Shown piece by piece: positions 50,240 to 63,396 of a stretch of 64,000 nucleotides of DNA. The DNA is from Octopus sinensis (taxonomy: Eukaryota). How positions within the stretch are numbered: the stretch's first letter is position 1; every line of letters starts with the position of its first letter. A model generated the notes under the pieces. That model had not been told where the DNA came from, did not search any database, and saw only the letters and a program-made list of their open reading frames with translations. The position numbers and the translations under genes were made by a program. The stretch covers positions 91,760,001 to 91,824,000 of the forward strand of contig NC_043001.1 in the NCBI RefSeq assembly GCF_006345805.1, in the 5' to 3' direction.

Positions 50240-52106
50240 AGTCAGAAACAAATCCAACTTCACCCCCTACAAGGGAAAGGACAAATATTTAGACGCGTAT
50301 GTAGGCACGATTTCAAAATTTCCCCTAAATACCCACAGATGCAAACAAAACCTTCGTGAAGAAGAAAAGGAAGCCTTACAAACACTGAAGAATGACATCC
50401 TAAAAGAAGCCGGTAAGGGGGGGGGCATAGTAATCAAGGACAAGGACAATTATAAAGATAAAATATTGGAAATGTTAACAAACCAAACCTACTACAAGGA
50501 AGAACCAAGACACCAAGAAATAACAATAATGGATAAAATCAGAAGACTAATCAATGAATTCCAAGATTCCTTCACGGTCAAGGAGAAAGATTATATATGC
50601 AACTCTGTAATCAAAGAGAATAATTTCTACAGATTACCCAAAATCCACAAAAGCTCTAAAATACAAAGTGCCATAAATAAGCAGAAGAACCAGTACGTAA
50701 AAATACTAAGGCCTGCTGACCTCAAACTAAGACCAATAGTTGCTGGACCTCAAGCAGTCATTTTTTAGATATCATCCTTAAACCTGTGCCCTTTAACACC
50801 CAGTTATGTACGGGATGGCATAGATTTCATTCAACACACCCCTCCCACTGTCGCAGAATGTACTATACTTACAAGTTTTCATGTCACCAATCTCTATACT
50901 AATATACCTCACACTTTAAGCCTAGAAGCAATAAAACACTGGGTAGAGAAACATAGAGAACGGATAAATGAACCCTTCAAGACTGACTTCATCATCAAGG
51001 CCACACGCCTAGTACTAGGGGAAAATACCTTTAGATTCGACAATAAAACATATCGACAGATAAAGGCCATGGGTACGCTGTTTGCGCCCTCATATGCAAA
51101 CTTAGTTGCGGGATACTTGGAAGAAAAACTTTGAGGAAGTAGAAAACACTTTTGGTCAGGAGTACAATAAATATATCATTAAAAAGTGGAAGCGCTTCCT
51201 TGATGATTGCTTCATCTTCTGGGACAAATCGAATGAAGATCTAAATATATTTGACAATAAACTGAACACACTTCACCCATGCATCAAATTCACGACAAAG
51301 TCCAGTTGCAATGAACAACCATTCCTGGATATCCACATAAAAATACAGAACTTCATAGTCACAACATATCTTACAAAAAAACTGACACACACCAATATTT
51401 AAATTTCTACTCTTGCCATCCATTACACATCAAAAGAAACACCCCATACAGCATGGCAAAAACATCTGTGCTATAGTGACTGACCTCAAAATACGTGAAA
51501 TCCAACTCAACGAACTCAAAGGCTTCCTCACAATGCAGAAATACCCCTTAGGATTAATTAATGAAGGAATTAAAAAGGCGATGAAACTGAACATCACCCA
51601 ACTACGGACACCTAAGGAAAAAGTTAATGAAAACACTACTCCATTCAATTAACACACAGAGTCCTGGAATAACTAACACCTTTCACGCCAAAAATCGAAC
51701 TTACCTATACACCTACAAAGCCCCAAAATGAAAAATCTGATTGAAAAAAAAACACCTTACGAAATAGCAGACGCCAATCAAAAAATCTTAAAATCACCCC
51801 ACAAGGGAAGAATTCAAATCAGAGAATGAATCAGAATTCTTATTAAAAGAATGTGGAGATAGGAGATGTGGAACATGCAACAGTATCAACAACTTCAAAT
51901 ACTTGGAAAGTGGTTCCCACATAAAATTCAAGAGCGAGTCCCTTTTAAAAATAAATGCAGATATGAATTGCAAAACGCAAAACCTCATATACTGCATTAC
52001 TCGTCCAAACTGCAAAGAAAATTACATTGGCGAAACAAATAATTCCCTCTGCCAACGTGCAATAATTCACAGGCAACATATCCGACAAGAGGAATTACGC
52101 AAGATT
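50240..52106 (+). mobile_element. Penelope-like element 1: RT plus GIY-YIG endonuclease, multiply frameshifted
   Basis: AGKGGGIV, LPKIHK, LRPIVAG, NLYTNIP, AMGTLFAPSYANL, RFLDDCF, PFLDI, NLIYCITRPNCKENYIGET. Confidence 0.93.
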
Positions 52107-53420
52107 CAACAGGCTAATATTATGTGAGGAGTTAATTTGTAAGAGGTCTTTTGCGTTGGAAAAACCAATCCTAACCGTGTGTGAGTTGATAATAGAGTAA
52201 TATCTAGAATTCTTTGGAAAATTCCCAATAATAGCTTCACAAAACAGCAAAGGAAGATTAGATTTAATTTGCCTTCCATAAGGAATAATTAACCTTCTAG
52301 CTCTGACATCGGTATACTTAGTAAAAATATACTAGATAAATATGTTCCTACATTAATTAAAAAAATAAAACTTAGTTTAAGGTCCAATTCACTTCAAGTC
52401 ATCGACTGATTTAGTTCTATTACTAATAAGAGGAGCACTAAGTTTATCCAGTTTGACATTTCTAGTTTTTATTCATCCATCAACCCAATAGTACTTAATA
52501 ACTCACACACGGTTAGGATTAGTTTTTCCAGCATAAAAAATCTTTTACAAATTATCTTCTCACATAATATTAGCCTGTTAAATAGGGATATATTTACTAA
52601 TACTAACATTAATTTAGCTAATACCATCCATCCCCCTAGAAATATTAATAACAAGGTTATTGTATCTGAAGTTAATGGCAACAGAATCAAGCTTATGTCA
52701 AGTAACCCTAAATTACTTCTGGTAACGATGTACTTTTTATATAGGCAGCTCATCTTCTCAGTTATCTAAAAGAATTTCTAATCATTACTCTATATTTAGG
52801 GATAGGAATAAACGTAACAGTACAGGACTTAGTAAATTAATTTGACCACAATAAACAATTTAATTTAGATTGGCCAATTCTCTCAATTTCGATCCCTTAT
52901 GATAAAGGCAAGGAATTCCGTCTTCTCTGTAAGTTTGAAATATTTTTTATTCTTTTTTTCTAAAAATCCCCTTGTAAACACGGTTATATAGCGTGCATAC
53001 CGATGTAAACATTGGCAGAAACACACCTTTACTCCATATAAGTGATATCTATCATTATATATAATTTAAACATTAATTTTCTTCTTACATTTCACATTCA
53101 CTAGATATATCTTTTTCCAAGACTTAAGGGTTTTATTTAATTTACATATCGTTATATACTTCTCATTTATTTAGTTTTTTCTTGCCTTTACGCCTCCTCT
53201 TTCTATAGGCTACCTTTGACGTTATATCCTCTAACGTGTTTTTAAAAACAAACTTAATAGCGTTCAGTTAATCACTATACATATCCATCATATTCTGCTA
53301 AAATGTCTCATTGACGAGTTTCGTTTCTTCATTTCCCCGAAGAGAAGATTACATTGTTTTACACCATTTTATTCCTTTGGTATAATACCAGTGATATCTT
53401 CGAAACATGTGTCAGAAGTA
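52107..53420 (+). mobile_element. Penelope-like element 2 (different family): RT piece, internal deletion, GIY-YIG end, 3' terminal region; ~80-bp inverted copy at its 5' edge
   Basis: SDIGILSKNILDK...VID*F...FIQFDISSFYSSI; HTVRISFS..IIFSHN; FYIG..SKRISNH..NSTGLSKLI; WPIL...PY...LC. Confidence 0.82.
53333..53418 (+). ncRNA. Type I hammerhead-like motif at the 3' end of PLE 2 (core CCGAAGA)
   Basis: CCGAAGA-gaagat...atcttc-GAA-ac-atgt-gt-C-agaag; 6-bp stem II, GUC site, first stem I pair mismatched. Confidence 0.72.
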
Positions 53421-53644
53421 AAAGAATTTTAATAACACCTGCGTTTAACTCCATTTATTTATTCATATATATTATACAAAATATTTCACGCAAACCCGGA
53501 GTTTCTACCTTTAAAAACAAGGAATTACACCCCTTTTACTTACGTGACTTTTTGCTACCCTGGTAACTATCTATCTATTTTTCCGTGTTAATTGTTAACA
53601 GGGGAAAAATACACACATCTACATATGTGTGTATGTATATATAT

Positions 53645-53825
53645 GTATATATAACGGTCTTCTACACAGTTTCCGATAAACTAACAAGGCTTTGGTCAAT
53701 CTGGGGATTTGAGTAGAATACTCTTGCCCAAGGTTACCGTTCAGTGTCGCTCGAGTCGGACTGAACCCGAAACTGTGTGGTTGCGAAGCCATCTTCTTAA
53801 CCACGCAGCTGTTCTCGCGCCTATT
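53645..53825 (-). mobile_element. SINE group B 5' half, diverged
   Basis: Reverse complement of the group B head. Confidence 0.75.
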
Positions 53826-54317
53826 TATGTATTTATCTATTTATTTATTCATGTATTCATTTATTTATTTATCAATGCAGAGGGTCATCTACTGTTACTC
53901 ACCGATCAACTCCAGTTTGACCGGGGTGTGGGTCTACTTGGTCACTCGACCGAACAGAAATTACGACCAATTCTTCCTTAATTCACCCACTACCGTCTTA
54001 ATTGGAGGTAGAACACCTTGGATGATATAGTTCTACAATTACGGTCAAAAGGAAATCGAAATGGTCATAATTGGAACTCCCTAGATCATAGAGCTGGTTG
54101 ATTTGGAGGCTGACCTTGAGCTAAACAACATCAGGAGAATTAACAGCAGCATCCTGATAATAAATTCTCTCGAAGTGGCTGCTTGACTTTGAAATAGCAG
54201 CTAAATCACCGTTAAATACACTCACCTTACCAACTTTGAAAGGAAACATTGGTTAATGTAGACTACGGTACAGAATACCTAAAAATATGGGGAAGGGTGT
54301 TATGGCTGGAGAGCCTT

Positions 54318-54547
54318 AAGGCGGCGAGCTGGCAGAATCGTTAGCACGCCGGGCGAAATGCCTAGCGGTATTTCGTCTATCGTTACGTTCTGAGTTCAAA
54401 TTCCGCCGAGGTCGACTTTGCCTTTCATCCTTTCGGGGTCGATAAATTATGTAACAGTTACGCACTGGGGTCGATGTAATCGACTTAATACCTATGTCTG
54501 TCCTTGTTTGTCCCCTCTGTGTTTAGCCCCTTGTGGGTAATAAAAAA
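54318..54547 (+). mobile_element. SINE group A, full-length
   Basis: Complete head, core and tail. Confidence 0.92.
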
Positions 54548-54812
54548 ACATATGGCGGGAGAGCCTTTTATTACATTACTTCTCATCAGCATAACCTTGG
54601 GCTAAACAATAAATTTTACAATGTGAGGGTCACTCAAGCGCTAACAACAATAACCTTTATCACAGCATTAGCGACAAGTCCAACAACGGACAGACGAGTC
54701 TATTGTGTAACTACCTATCCGCCTACCTACTTACCAACCTACATGTATATTTGTATATATAAATATATATGTGTGTGTGTGTAAATGTGTGTATATACGC
54801 AAACACACACAC

Positions 54813-54884
<72 letters not shown>

Positions 54885-54888
54885 TATA

Positions 54889-54937
<49 letters not shown>

Positions 54938-55629
54938 CACATAGAAATATACATGTATGTATGTATGTATGTATGTATGTATGTATGTATGTATGTATGT
55001 ATGTATGATAGTTGCTTTTTTCTATAGCTATTCAAATAGATAGCGGAGTAAGAAATCATAAGTCATTTGTAATGCAAATTTCGTGGGAGCGATAGCTGCG
55101 ATCCGGAACCTGGGTGTAAACTGAAACAACATGAACGTAAACAAAACTTCCTATCAGTTCATTTCTATATTCAGAGTTTTAGATAAATTTAATTCATAGC
55201 CGTGGAATTCAACTTTACTTCGATCTCTGTACAAGGTTAGAGGCTTCCTTTACACTGCAGTTGCAAAATCTCTAAGTTCCAAAAAGAAAAAGAAACAGTA
55301 GAGAAAATATTTCTTGAATCTATAAATTCTGTATATTGCTGAAGAAATTTATCTCCGTTGAAATCACATTCTCCTGAATATTTAGATGCTTCACTACTAA
55401 CAAGGACCGAAGTGTGCAAATGCGTGAGGCCTATTTTTATGCACGTTTCCTCCATTTGTCCCTACATGTTAAAGGTTAGTTTTTTTTTTTTTTTTTGCTT
55501 ATTTGTTCGTTTGTTTTTTAAAATTTTATTTTGTTATCGTTAAATATACTGTTTATTATGAATTCAAATTCTGCTGGGACCAGCTTTGACTTTCATACTA
55601 CGAGGCCGATTAAACTTTCTTTCTGACAC

Positions 55630-55938
55630 TCCTTCAGTTACAACAACAAAGGTTCCAGTTGATCCAATCAACGGAACATCCTACTCGTGAAATTATCGTG
55701 CAAGTGGCTGAACATACCACGGACACGCGTACTCTTAACGTAGTTGTCAGGGTGATTCAGCGTAAGACAGAATGTGACAAGGCTGGCCCCCTTCGAATTA
55801 CAGGTACAACTCATTTTTACCAGCTGAGTGGACTGGAACAACAGGAGATAAAGTGTTATGCTCAAGGATATGATGCTCCACTGGAGATCGAACTCACGAT
55901 ATGAGCCAAACTCTCTAACCACTAAGCCCCGCGCATTC
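55630..55938 (-). mobile_element. SINE group D
   Basis: Reverse complement similar to the 37814 copy. Confidence 0.78.
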
Positions 55939-55990
55939 CGATTAAAATAAAGGTACAAAGGAAATTTGGAAGTTGATATAATCGATTATA

Positions 55991-56249
55991 AAAAAAATAA
56001 ATGCGCCCTTTTAAATCCTAGCCAGGCTCATGGGCCCGGTTTCCCGGTTTCTATGGCGTATGTGTTCCCCAGCTGGATGGGACGCCAGTCCATCGCAGCG
56101 TTACTCGTTTTTTCCATCTGAGTGGACTGGAGCAACGTGAAATGAAATGTTTTGCTCAAGAACACAATGCGTCACCCGGTCCAAGAATCGAAACTACAAT
56201 CTTACGATCGTGATGCTGACACCCTAACCACTAAGCCACGCGCCTCCAC
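55991..56249 (-). mobile_element. Chimeric SINE: group D head with group C tail, 13-bp TSD
   Basis: Tail matches 36630-36735; head matches group D; ataatcgattata at 55978-55990 and 56250-56262. Confidence 0.88.
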
Positions 56250-56339
56250 ATAATCGATTATACCCCTTGCCAAAATGTGAGACCTTATACCTAAGTAGAA
56301 AACATTTTTTGTGTGTGTTAGAGGAGGCTGAACAATAAC

Positions 56340-59000
56340 TGCCCGCCAAGCAGACTCTCCAAGGTTGGCTTATTCCTAACACAATCAGTTTAAAAGTTTG
56401 TAGATCGATGCCCTTATGGAAAATATAGCAGAGGACATAATTCAGAAAGATTAAACTCTGGAGAGAAGGGACAAGTATAAATTAGATTAAACGCCCAATG
56501 TAGAATTTTGAAGCATCAAGTGCTCGGACAGGTCTCAGATAAAAGTGTACAGGTGCTAATTCAGAGTTTGTTCCGCAGAAGCGGATCGGAATAAACATCG
56601 TGTAAGTGAACCAGTGGCTGTTGCGTATACTAACTAATACGGCGAAAGTAATTTTGATAATCAGTCAAATGGTTTTCTTTTCGAAGCGGTCCAGGACATT
56701 TAATTTTTAGCAACAGTTCTGTCCAAGATATGGCATCCGTATTTCATTGTGGGTTTCCCTTCAACTTTGTGGAGGGTCAGCAGTTGATCAGATCTGAAGT
56801 ATGTTCTGGTAACGAAGAACCCTATCTTTGGGATACAGTTTTGTTGATGTTATATATGGAAATTCACCATTATGAAAATTTACATTTGTAAGGACTTCAA
56901 GGGCCTTCATTGTGTGTTGCTAATAGGTAACAGGTTGGGGGAGAATACAGTCTAAGCTGTTTTCCTTGATATGTGTAACAATAGTATCTGTATTGCCGTA
57001 TTTCATAAACATTGGTCTCCGTTTATGAAGGTAGTACAAATTTTATGTGAAGTTAATATGTAGATGACGTCTGAGTCTGAGAGCTGGCAGAATCCTTCGC
57101 ACAATGGGCAAACTGCTTAGCAACATTTCGTCCGTCTTTATGCTCTGAGTTCAAATTCAGCCGAGGTCGACTTTGCCTTTTAACCTTTTGGGGTCGATAA
57201 AACAAGTACCAGTTGAGCACTGGGGTCAGTGTAGTCGATTTACTCTCTCCCCCATAATTGCTGGCCAAAATTTGATATTAATATGTAGATGATGTCGGTG
57301 TGGTATCATCTGAACATTACGTTACTAGACGTAATAATTTTGTAAGTCATTGATAAAAGCTAGCGAAAGATATAACTGAATCTTGGCATACACTTGAGTT
57401 AACAGTAAGTTAGTCACCAAGTATTCCGTCAATGCAAGCTATAACAGAAATATTTTATCGGAAACTTCTGATCTGAAAGATAAGGCATTAATAGAACCCT
57501 CAGCTAGAATTCTCTCATACAGTCGAAGGGTCATAATATTCCTTCCACTGAAATTCTCGAATGAAAAATATCGTTAGAGGATATCGTAGAATAAATCTTC
57601 TGAAGATTTACTCTACAGAAATGTACCGTGATCGCTGAAGCAGAACAAAGCTTACGAGCGTCTTCGATAAAATGCTAATGGCAATCCTTCAGGCTCATGT
57701 TCTGAGTTCAGATACTACTAATTTCGACTTTGCCTTTCATCTTTTTAGGATCGATAAAATAAAATACCGATCAAGTACTGGAGTCAGTGAGATCGACTCA
57801 GCCCCACCACTTGTGACATTACTGGTCCTGTACCAAAATTTGAAACAATTATTTATCTCCCAGAGAACGAAGAAATAAAGGGTAGCTTGCAGGGTCAAAG
57901 AAGTTACCATACTTGGAATGGAATACCTTGCAATGTGCTTTTCTATTTTCAGGGGGAAATCTTTGATTAAAATGATAAAAGCTGACTGCTCCTTGAGATG
58001 AAGCGAATGGAGATATTTTTGCAATTGGTGACTTTTTGTGCAGGGTTAGTGAACTAGACGGGTAGAGAGATTAGTTTACTGCTGGTTGTTGAGTGTATGC
58101 AGCGTGGAATTGGAAGCAGACCAATGAAGAAAATGGAGTCGGCTTTGCAGTGAAAGAACTACTCAGAGAGCTATTATAGATGAAAGGGACAGATAAAGAG
58201 CCAACAGTTGAAGATGTTTGCAAGGGAAAATAAAAGAAAACACTATTACAGTTCAGGAGATAGGTTTGCTAACTGGTGGAGTTTCAACTAATGAGATAAC
58301 TTAAAATACCAGAGAAGCATTGGAAGAAGGCATGTTAGGTGGTGTGGAGGTGTAAAGCGAATTATCTTCATTGAGTATTGATCAGATGATGTGATGGAGA
58401 CGCAAATAATTGGGATTGAGCTTGAAGGGAGAAAGAATCAATTGTGTTTGGAGTTTTTGATAGTTGATCATTGATGGATATATACAGATACTAACTGATA
58501 TAGACAGTTCAGAATGGTAACTGACTCTGCTTCTGCACCAGCAAAATAGGTATGGAAAGGATGCGAGAGCCTAGAAATATGTGTATTGGAACTCACTGAT
58601 GGTTAAGTGAAATGGATGGAATTTCTCTCCCGGATACAGACCAACAGTTGTCCGACCAATGGTTGCTAGAGGAGTTTGGATAACAGCAAAGACAACAAAG
58701 GAATATAAAATAAAGAGGAAAAGTGACTCTGACCTATATGACTCGTTGCTGTCTATTCATGATTCTTTGTTGTCTGTCACTGACCATATCCAATCCGATT
58801 TGGAACCATGCAGCTTTTTACCGGCGGAAACTTTGGATACTTGAACTGGCATTTACATTAAGGCCTGTCTTAATGACATGCAACCAAGTATTCAGCTGTT
58901 GTCTCTCTGTCCCACGACAGATCAGTATGGACAGATGAAAGTTTCAGGAAGATGTTATCATGCATGAACAAACCAGTGAAAACAGAGGAGCAGGCGTCTA
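56340..59000 (-). mobile_element. Old CR1-group LINE, heavily decayed, interrupted by two SINE A insertions
   Basis: NSSVCQDSV...FINDL...SDDTT (GVPQG/YADD region); YFRSDQLLTLHK...PTMKYGCHI; LDRFEKKTI. The upstream (higher-coordinate) boundary is uncertain. Confidence 0.72.
57072..57277 (+). mobile_element. SINE group A with 19-bp TSD inside the old LINE (another copy lies at ~57670-57850)
   Basis: ttaatatgtagatga(c/t)gtc at 57053-57071 and 57278-57296. Confidence 0.88.
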
Positions 59001-59357
59001 CTTAATTTAGATTAACATTTGCCAAGTACTAAAGAAAAGATGATAAACCCTCTAGGGACTCACACACGTCACTCCGTAGCGATTCTAGTTTCACTAAACA
59101 ATATTTTGCTTCCAGTATACATGATGTAAGTAACAACAATCCACTCCAGTATATCGTTAGACACATATATAATCCAGCAGTGGACTGCGCTCCAAGATGC
59201 TGATGTGATTTCGAATAATAATATAAACAAATACATTGTTTTCTTTTCTTTTTATCTGATCAAGGAATACAATACAGTAGTTAAGGATGTTTCTTCACTA
59301 TAAGTTGAAATATAACTGATATCCCGAAATTCACATCATACACATCATATATGATAT

Positions 59358-59425
<68 letters not shown>

Positions 59426-59647
59426 ATATACATTGTGTGTGTGTATGTGTCTGTTAAAGATAACGTATTGGAAGTGAGACATTGAGCTTTCCATATTGTG
59501 ATTAGTTATTACATGTTCTTGGTTAAAAGTACACACAACATACACACACACACAAACTCAAACAGACAAACACGTATGGGGTGCGAGAGAGAAGGGGGAG
59601 GGAGAAAAAGATAGTCTTTTTGGTGATCCAGAAACTAACTGCACTTC

Positions 59648-59687
<40 letters not shown>

Positions 59688-59859
59688 AGAGAGAGAGAGA
59701 GAGAGAGGAGGAAAGACATCACTAAATGTGACTAAGTGTGCCGAGATATCTACATTGCTAGAAATAGGAGTAAAATACTCCTGGTGTTGTAGGAAGAGCG
59801 CAAATGTATATACATACACTGACAGAGGAAGAAATGACCCCATTACCGAATACATATAT

Positions 59860-60066
59860 ATGATGGGCTTCTTGCAGTTTCCATTTACCAAATCCACTCA
59901 CAAGGCTTTGGTCAGCCCAAGGCTATAGCAGAAAACACTTGTCTAAAGTACCCGGCAGCGTGACTGAACCCGGAGTCATATGGTTGGGAAACAAGCTTCG
60001 TACCACACACTCATGTACGAACACAATATATATATTTTACTCTTTATTAGTTTCAGTTCACAGGTT
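59860..60066 (-). mobile_element. SINE group B head half plus tail fragment
   Basis: Intra-window similarity. Confidence 0.75.
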
Positions 60067-60067
60067 G

Positions 60068-60166
<99 letters not shown>

Positions 60167-60273
60167 GATATATATATCTATTTGAAATTTACAGAAAAAC
60201 AAACAAAAGATGAAGACATGTGTATGAACAACAAGCAGGTGTATTAATTTGACGCTCGTGAAAGTAAGAAAGT

Positions 60274-60309
60274 CTTTTACATTTCGAGCCGACGCTCTTC
60301 AACAGAAAG
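60274..60309 (-). ncRNA. Hammerhead-like motif with CUGUUGA core within a ~180-bp repeat (60170-60350)
   Basis: Reverse complement: cttt-CTGTTGA-a-gagc-gtcg-gctc-GAA-atgt-A-aaag; 4-bp stems I and II. Confidence 0.62.
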
Positions 60310-60609
60310 GAATAAGACAAAATAAAGAAAGAACAAAGAAAAGGTTGTGGGCTTAGCGGTCGAACATTATATATATGTAAGTAATGTTCGTTGTCACTTT
60401 AACACGGCTACTCCGTACTTTACACTCTTTTTCAACCTCAGGAGTATACCTTCTCCTGTTGTTTAACGACACAACTTGTGTCCAATTTTAGAACTAGCTA
60501 CTTTGCTTGTGTGTGTGTGTGTGTGTGAATGTGTGTGTGTGTGGTGGAATTTTCCCGTCGAAGGCGATGTATGAGTGTTCAGCTTTTACCGGACGACCTG
60601 CAGCAAATG

Positions 60610-60810
60610 ATTTGATTATCGTGATCAAATGCTCGGGCCGCACATCAACTCACTCTCTCCATCAAATCGACATTGTCCGAACAGGTGCACGGTGTGCCAC
60701 TCGTCAGATGTCAAAGTGATCGCAGAGCAATGTGAGATGAAGTGTTTTGCACAACGCACCACCTGGTCTAGGAACTGAAGTCATGATATAGTGGTCATGA
60801 GTACAAAACC
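60610..60810 (-). mobile_element. SINE group D variant, diverged
   Basis: gagcaatgtgagatgaagtgttttgc CORE-like segment. Confidence 0.55.
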
Positions 60811-61467
60811 ATATATATATGTATATCCTCTCTATATATATATATATACACACATACGCACACACACCACACACCACACACACATATACATATATATATA
60901 TAAATATATATATTATATATATATATAATATATATATCATATATATATAATATATTTATATTATATATATATATTATATATGTATATATAATGATATATA
61001 CGCACATATATACATAGATATAAGCAAAGCTGTGTCCTCTAGAAGTACATTTGCGTATTCCAGTCATTAAATGTATGTAGATGCTTTATTTTAGATGAGA
61101 AAATCACACATATAAGTTAAGATTCCTCTTGAATTATAATATATGCAGAGTAAGATTAAAAAACAAAACATTTAATTAGTGGTAGAATTTTAATTGCTAC
61201 AAGTGTTTCAATACAACATGGGAAATACATTTTCTTAATATGAATATATAATCTGTATCTGATGATTTGCATGTGGAAAATGTTCTACGTATCTCTACAT
61301 GTATGTAAACATGTTTTATTGTATTTATATAGTCATAAACTGTATTTCCCATATTGTAATGAAACAGTTGTAACACAGAATTAAAATGGTGCTACGTATT
61401 CCTGCGTTTGTCTTAATGCGCATGCGTGTGTATGTATGTAATATATATATATATATAATATATATAT

Positions 61468-61707
61468 GTTGCTCCAGTTCACTCAGCTGTAGAAATGAGT
61501 TGCGACGTCACAGGTGCCAAGCTGTATCGACCTTTGTCTTTCCCTTGGATAACACTGGTGGCGTGGAGAGGGGAGGCCGGTATGCATGGGCGACTACTGG
61601 TCTTCCATAAAAAAAAAAAACAACCTTGCCCAGACTTGTGCCTCAGAGGGTAACTCTCTAGGTGCAAACCCATGGTCACTCATGACCGAAGGGGGTCTTT
61701 ACCCCTT
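61468..61707 (+). mobile_element. SINE group D 3' portion with another tail type
   Basis: Starts gttgctccagttcactcagctg...aaatgagt, then a tail unlike the other D copies. Confidence 0.6.
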
Positions 61708-61747
61708 ATATATATATATATATAATATATATAATATTATAATGGAG

Positions 61748-61912
61748 AAAGTTGTACAGCTATTTGTCATAATAGCTCCATTTATCCAACATTAAAATCA
61801 CTTAAAAATTATAACGGTATATTAAAATCTTATTTTAATATACCGGTATAATTTTTAAGTGATTTTATGTTGGATAAATGCATGCTATTAGACAAAATAG
61901 CTGTACAACTTT
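61748..61912. repeat. Long near-perfect palindrome (~81-bp arms, 3-nt loop)
   Basis: aaagttgtacagctattt...tatattaaaat-ctt-attttaatata...aaatagctgtacaacttt. Confidence 0.95.
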
Positions 61913-62640
61913 GATACGAGTTACAATTTCAAGAATATTATCAGTTTCCGTAATTTGTTAAATGAATATTTTTGATAAAGTGATGATCTTTTTTAAATTA
62001 AGAAACGATTTTGTTGTTATGGCTGTTTGGAACGCTATAAGCCTTACAATAATTACTATCCGGACTGATTTTGGCCATTTTTTAAACTTAAAACCATGGG
62101 AGGAGCCTATTTGATAAAAAAAAAAAAATGGAAATATTTTCAGAGGAAAAGGTGAACAATTCAAGGGAGGTTTGGCTGTTGTTTCTAGCACAACCCAAAC
62201 CACCCTCTGCTTTCACTCTCATATGTATTGGTGTTTCTTCAATATATTTTGTCCGTTAAACTCATTTTATAGAATGATGATGCCGAAGTAACACACTGGT
62301 AGAATATAAGCAGCAATATAAAAATTTATCTAAATTTTTACCTCCACCTCAATCAAGCGAAACCGTGTGTGTGTGAAGAACCTAGACATTGCTATCTAGG
62401 TCTCTTTACGAGTTACATTTCACCAGGAAATTCCGAAAGCATTTTTCAGGGATCTATCTTTGACGATGTTTAGGCACGTTTAAAAATGATTTCTTTTATC
62501 TAGCTACTGAAGTCGAAGCGCAACAAGCTCACTATTTAAATATAAATTTTTAAAAAAATTAAAACAAAATTAGGCATACCCTTGTGGTTATGAAGCTCCC
62601 TTTGCATCCACGTGGTTCAGGCTTCAACCCATGATGTGGT

Positions 62641-62876
62641 ATCTATTTCTTTACTACCCACAAGGGGCTAAACACAGACGGGACAAACAAGGACAGACAA
62701 ACGGATTAAGTCGATTATATCGACCTCAGTGCATAACTGGTACTTATTTAATCGACCCCGAAAGGATGAAAGGTAAAGTTGACCTCGGCGGAATTTGAAC
62801 TCAGAACGTAACGTCAGACGAAATACGGCTACGCATTTCACCCGGCGTGCTAACGTTTCTGCCAGCTTGCCGCCTT
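62641..62876 (-). mobile_element. SINE group A, full-length
   Basis: Reverse complement of the 54318 copy. Confidence 0.9.
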
Positions 62877-63109
62877 CTCATGACGTGGTACCGTGCTCAA
62901 ATATCTTCTAAAATATCTTCTATAGTCTCGGGCCGACCAATTCCTTGTGAGCGAATTAGATAGACGAAAACTATATATATATATATATGGATTAGCTTGG
63001 AAAACGCGTGTTTGAAAAGTGTGAGCAACAAAAGCGCTTACACACAATGTACTCAACACGAAAACCTCTTGCCGAAAGATTCGTGACAAAATATAATTTC
63101 AAGTATTTT

Positions 63110-63353
63110 TACCTTTTACTTATTTCAGTCATTTGACTGCCGCCACGTTGGGGCAACGCCTTGCATGGTTTTTCATTTGAACAAATCGAGGTCAAAGACA
63201 TTTTTTCGGGCGGGGTGGAGGGCGGAGGACAAGTACTTATTCCAGCGGTCACTTTTGCCGAATTGCTAAGTTACGGGAATGTAGACATAGCAACACCAGT
63301 TAATCGGTGGTGGGGATCAAACACAGACACAAAGACATAGATGCATTGTGTGG

Positions 63354-63396
<43 letters not shown>

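Noticed and set aside
55340-55470. Short ORF with donor-like aag|gttagt
   Set aside because: Weak acceptor; VRPIFMHVSSI more likely a decayed LINE VRPxLEY remnant, too weak to call
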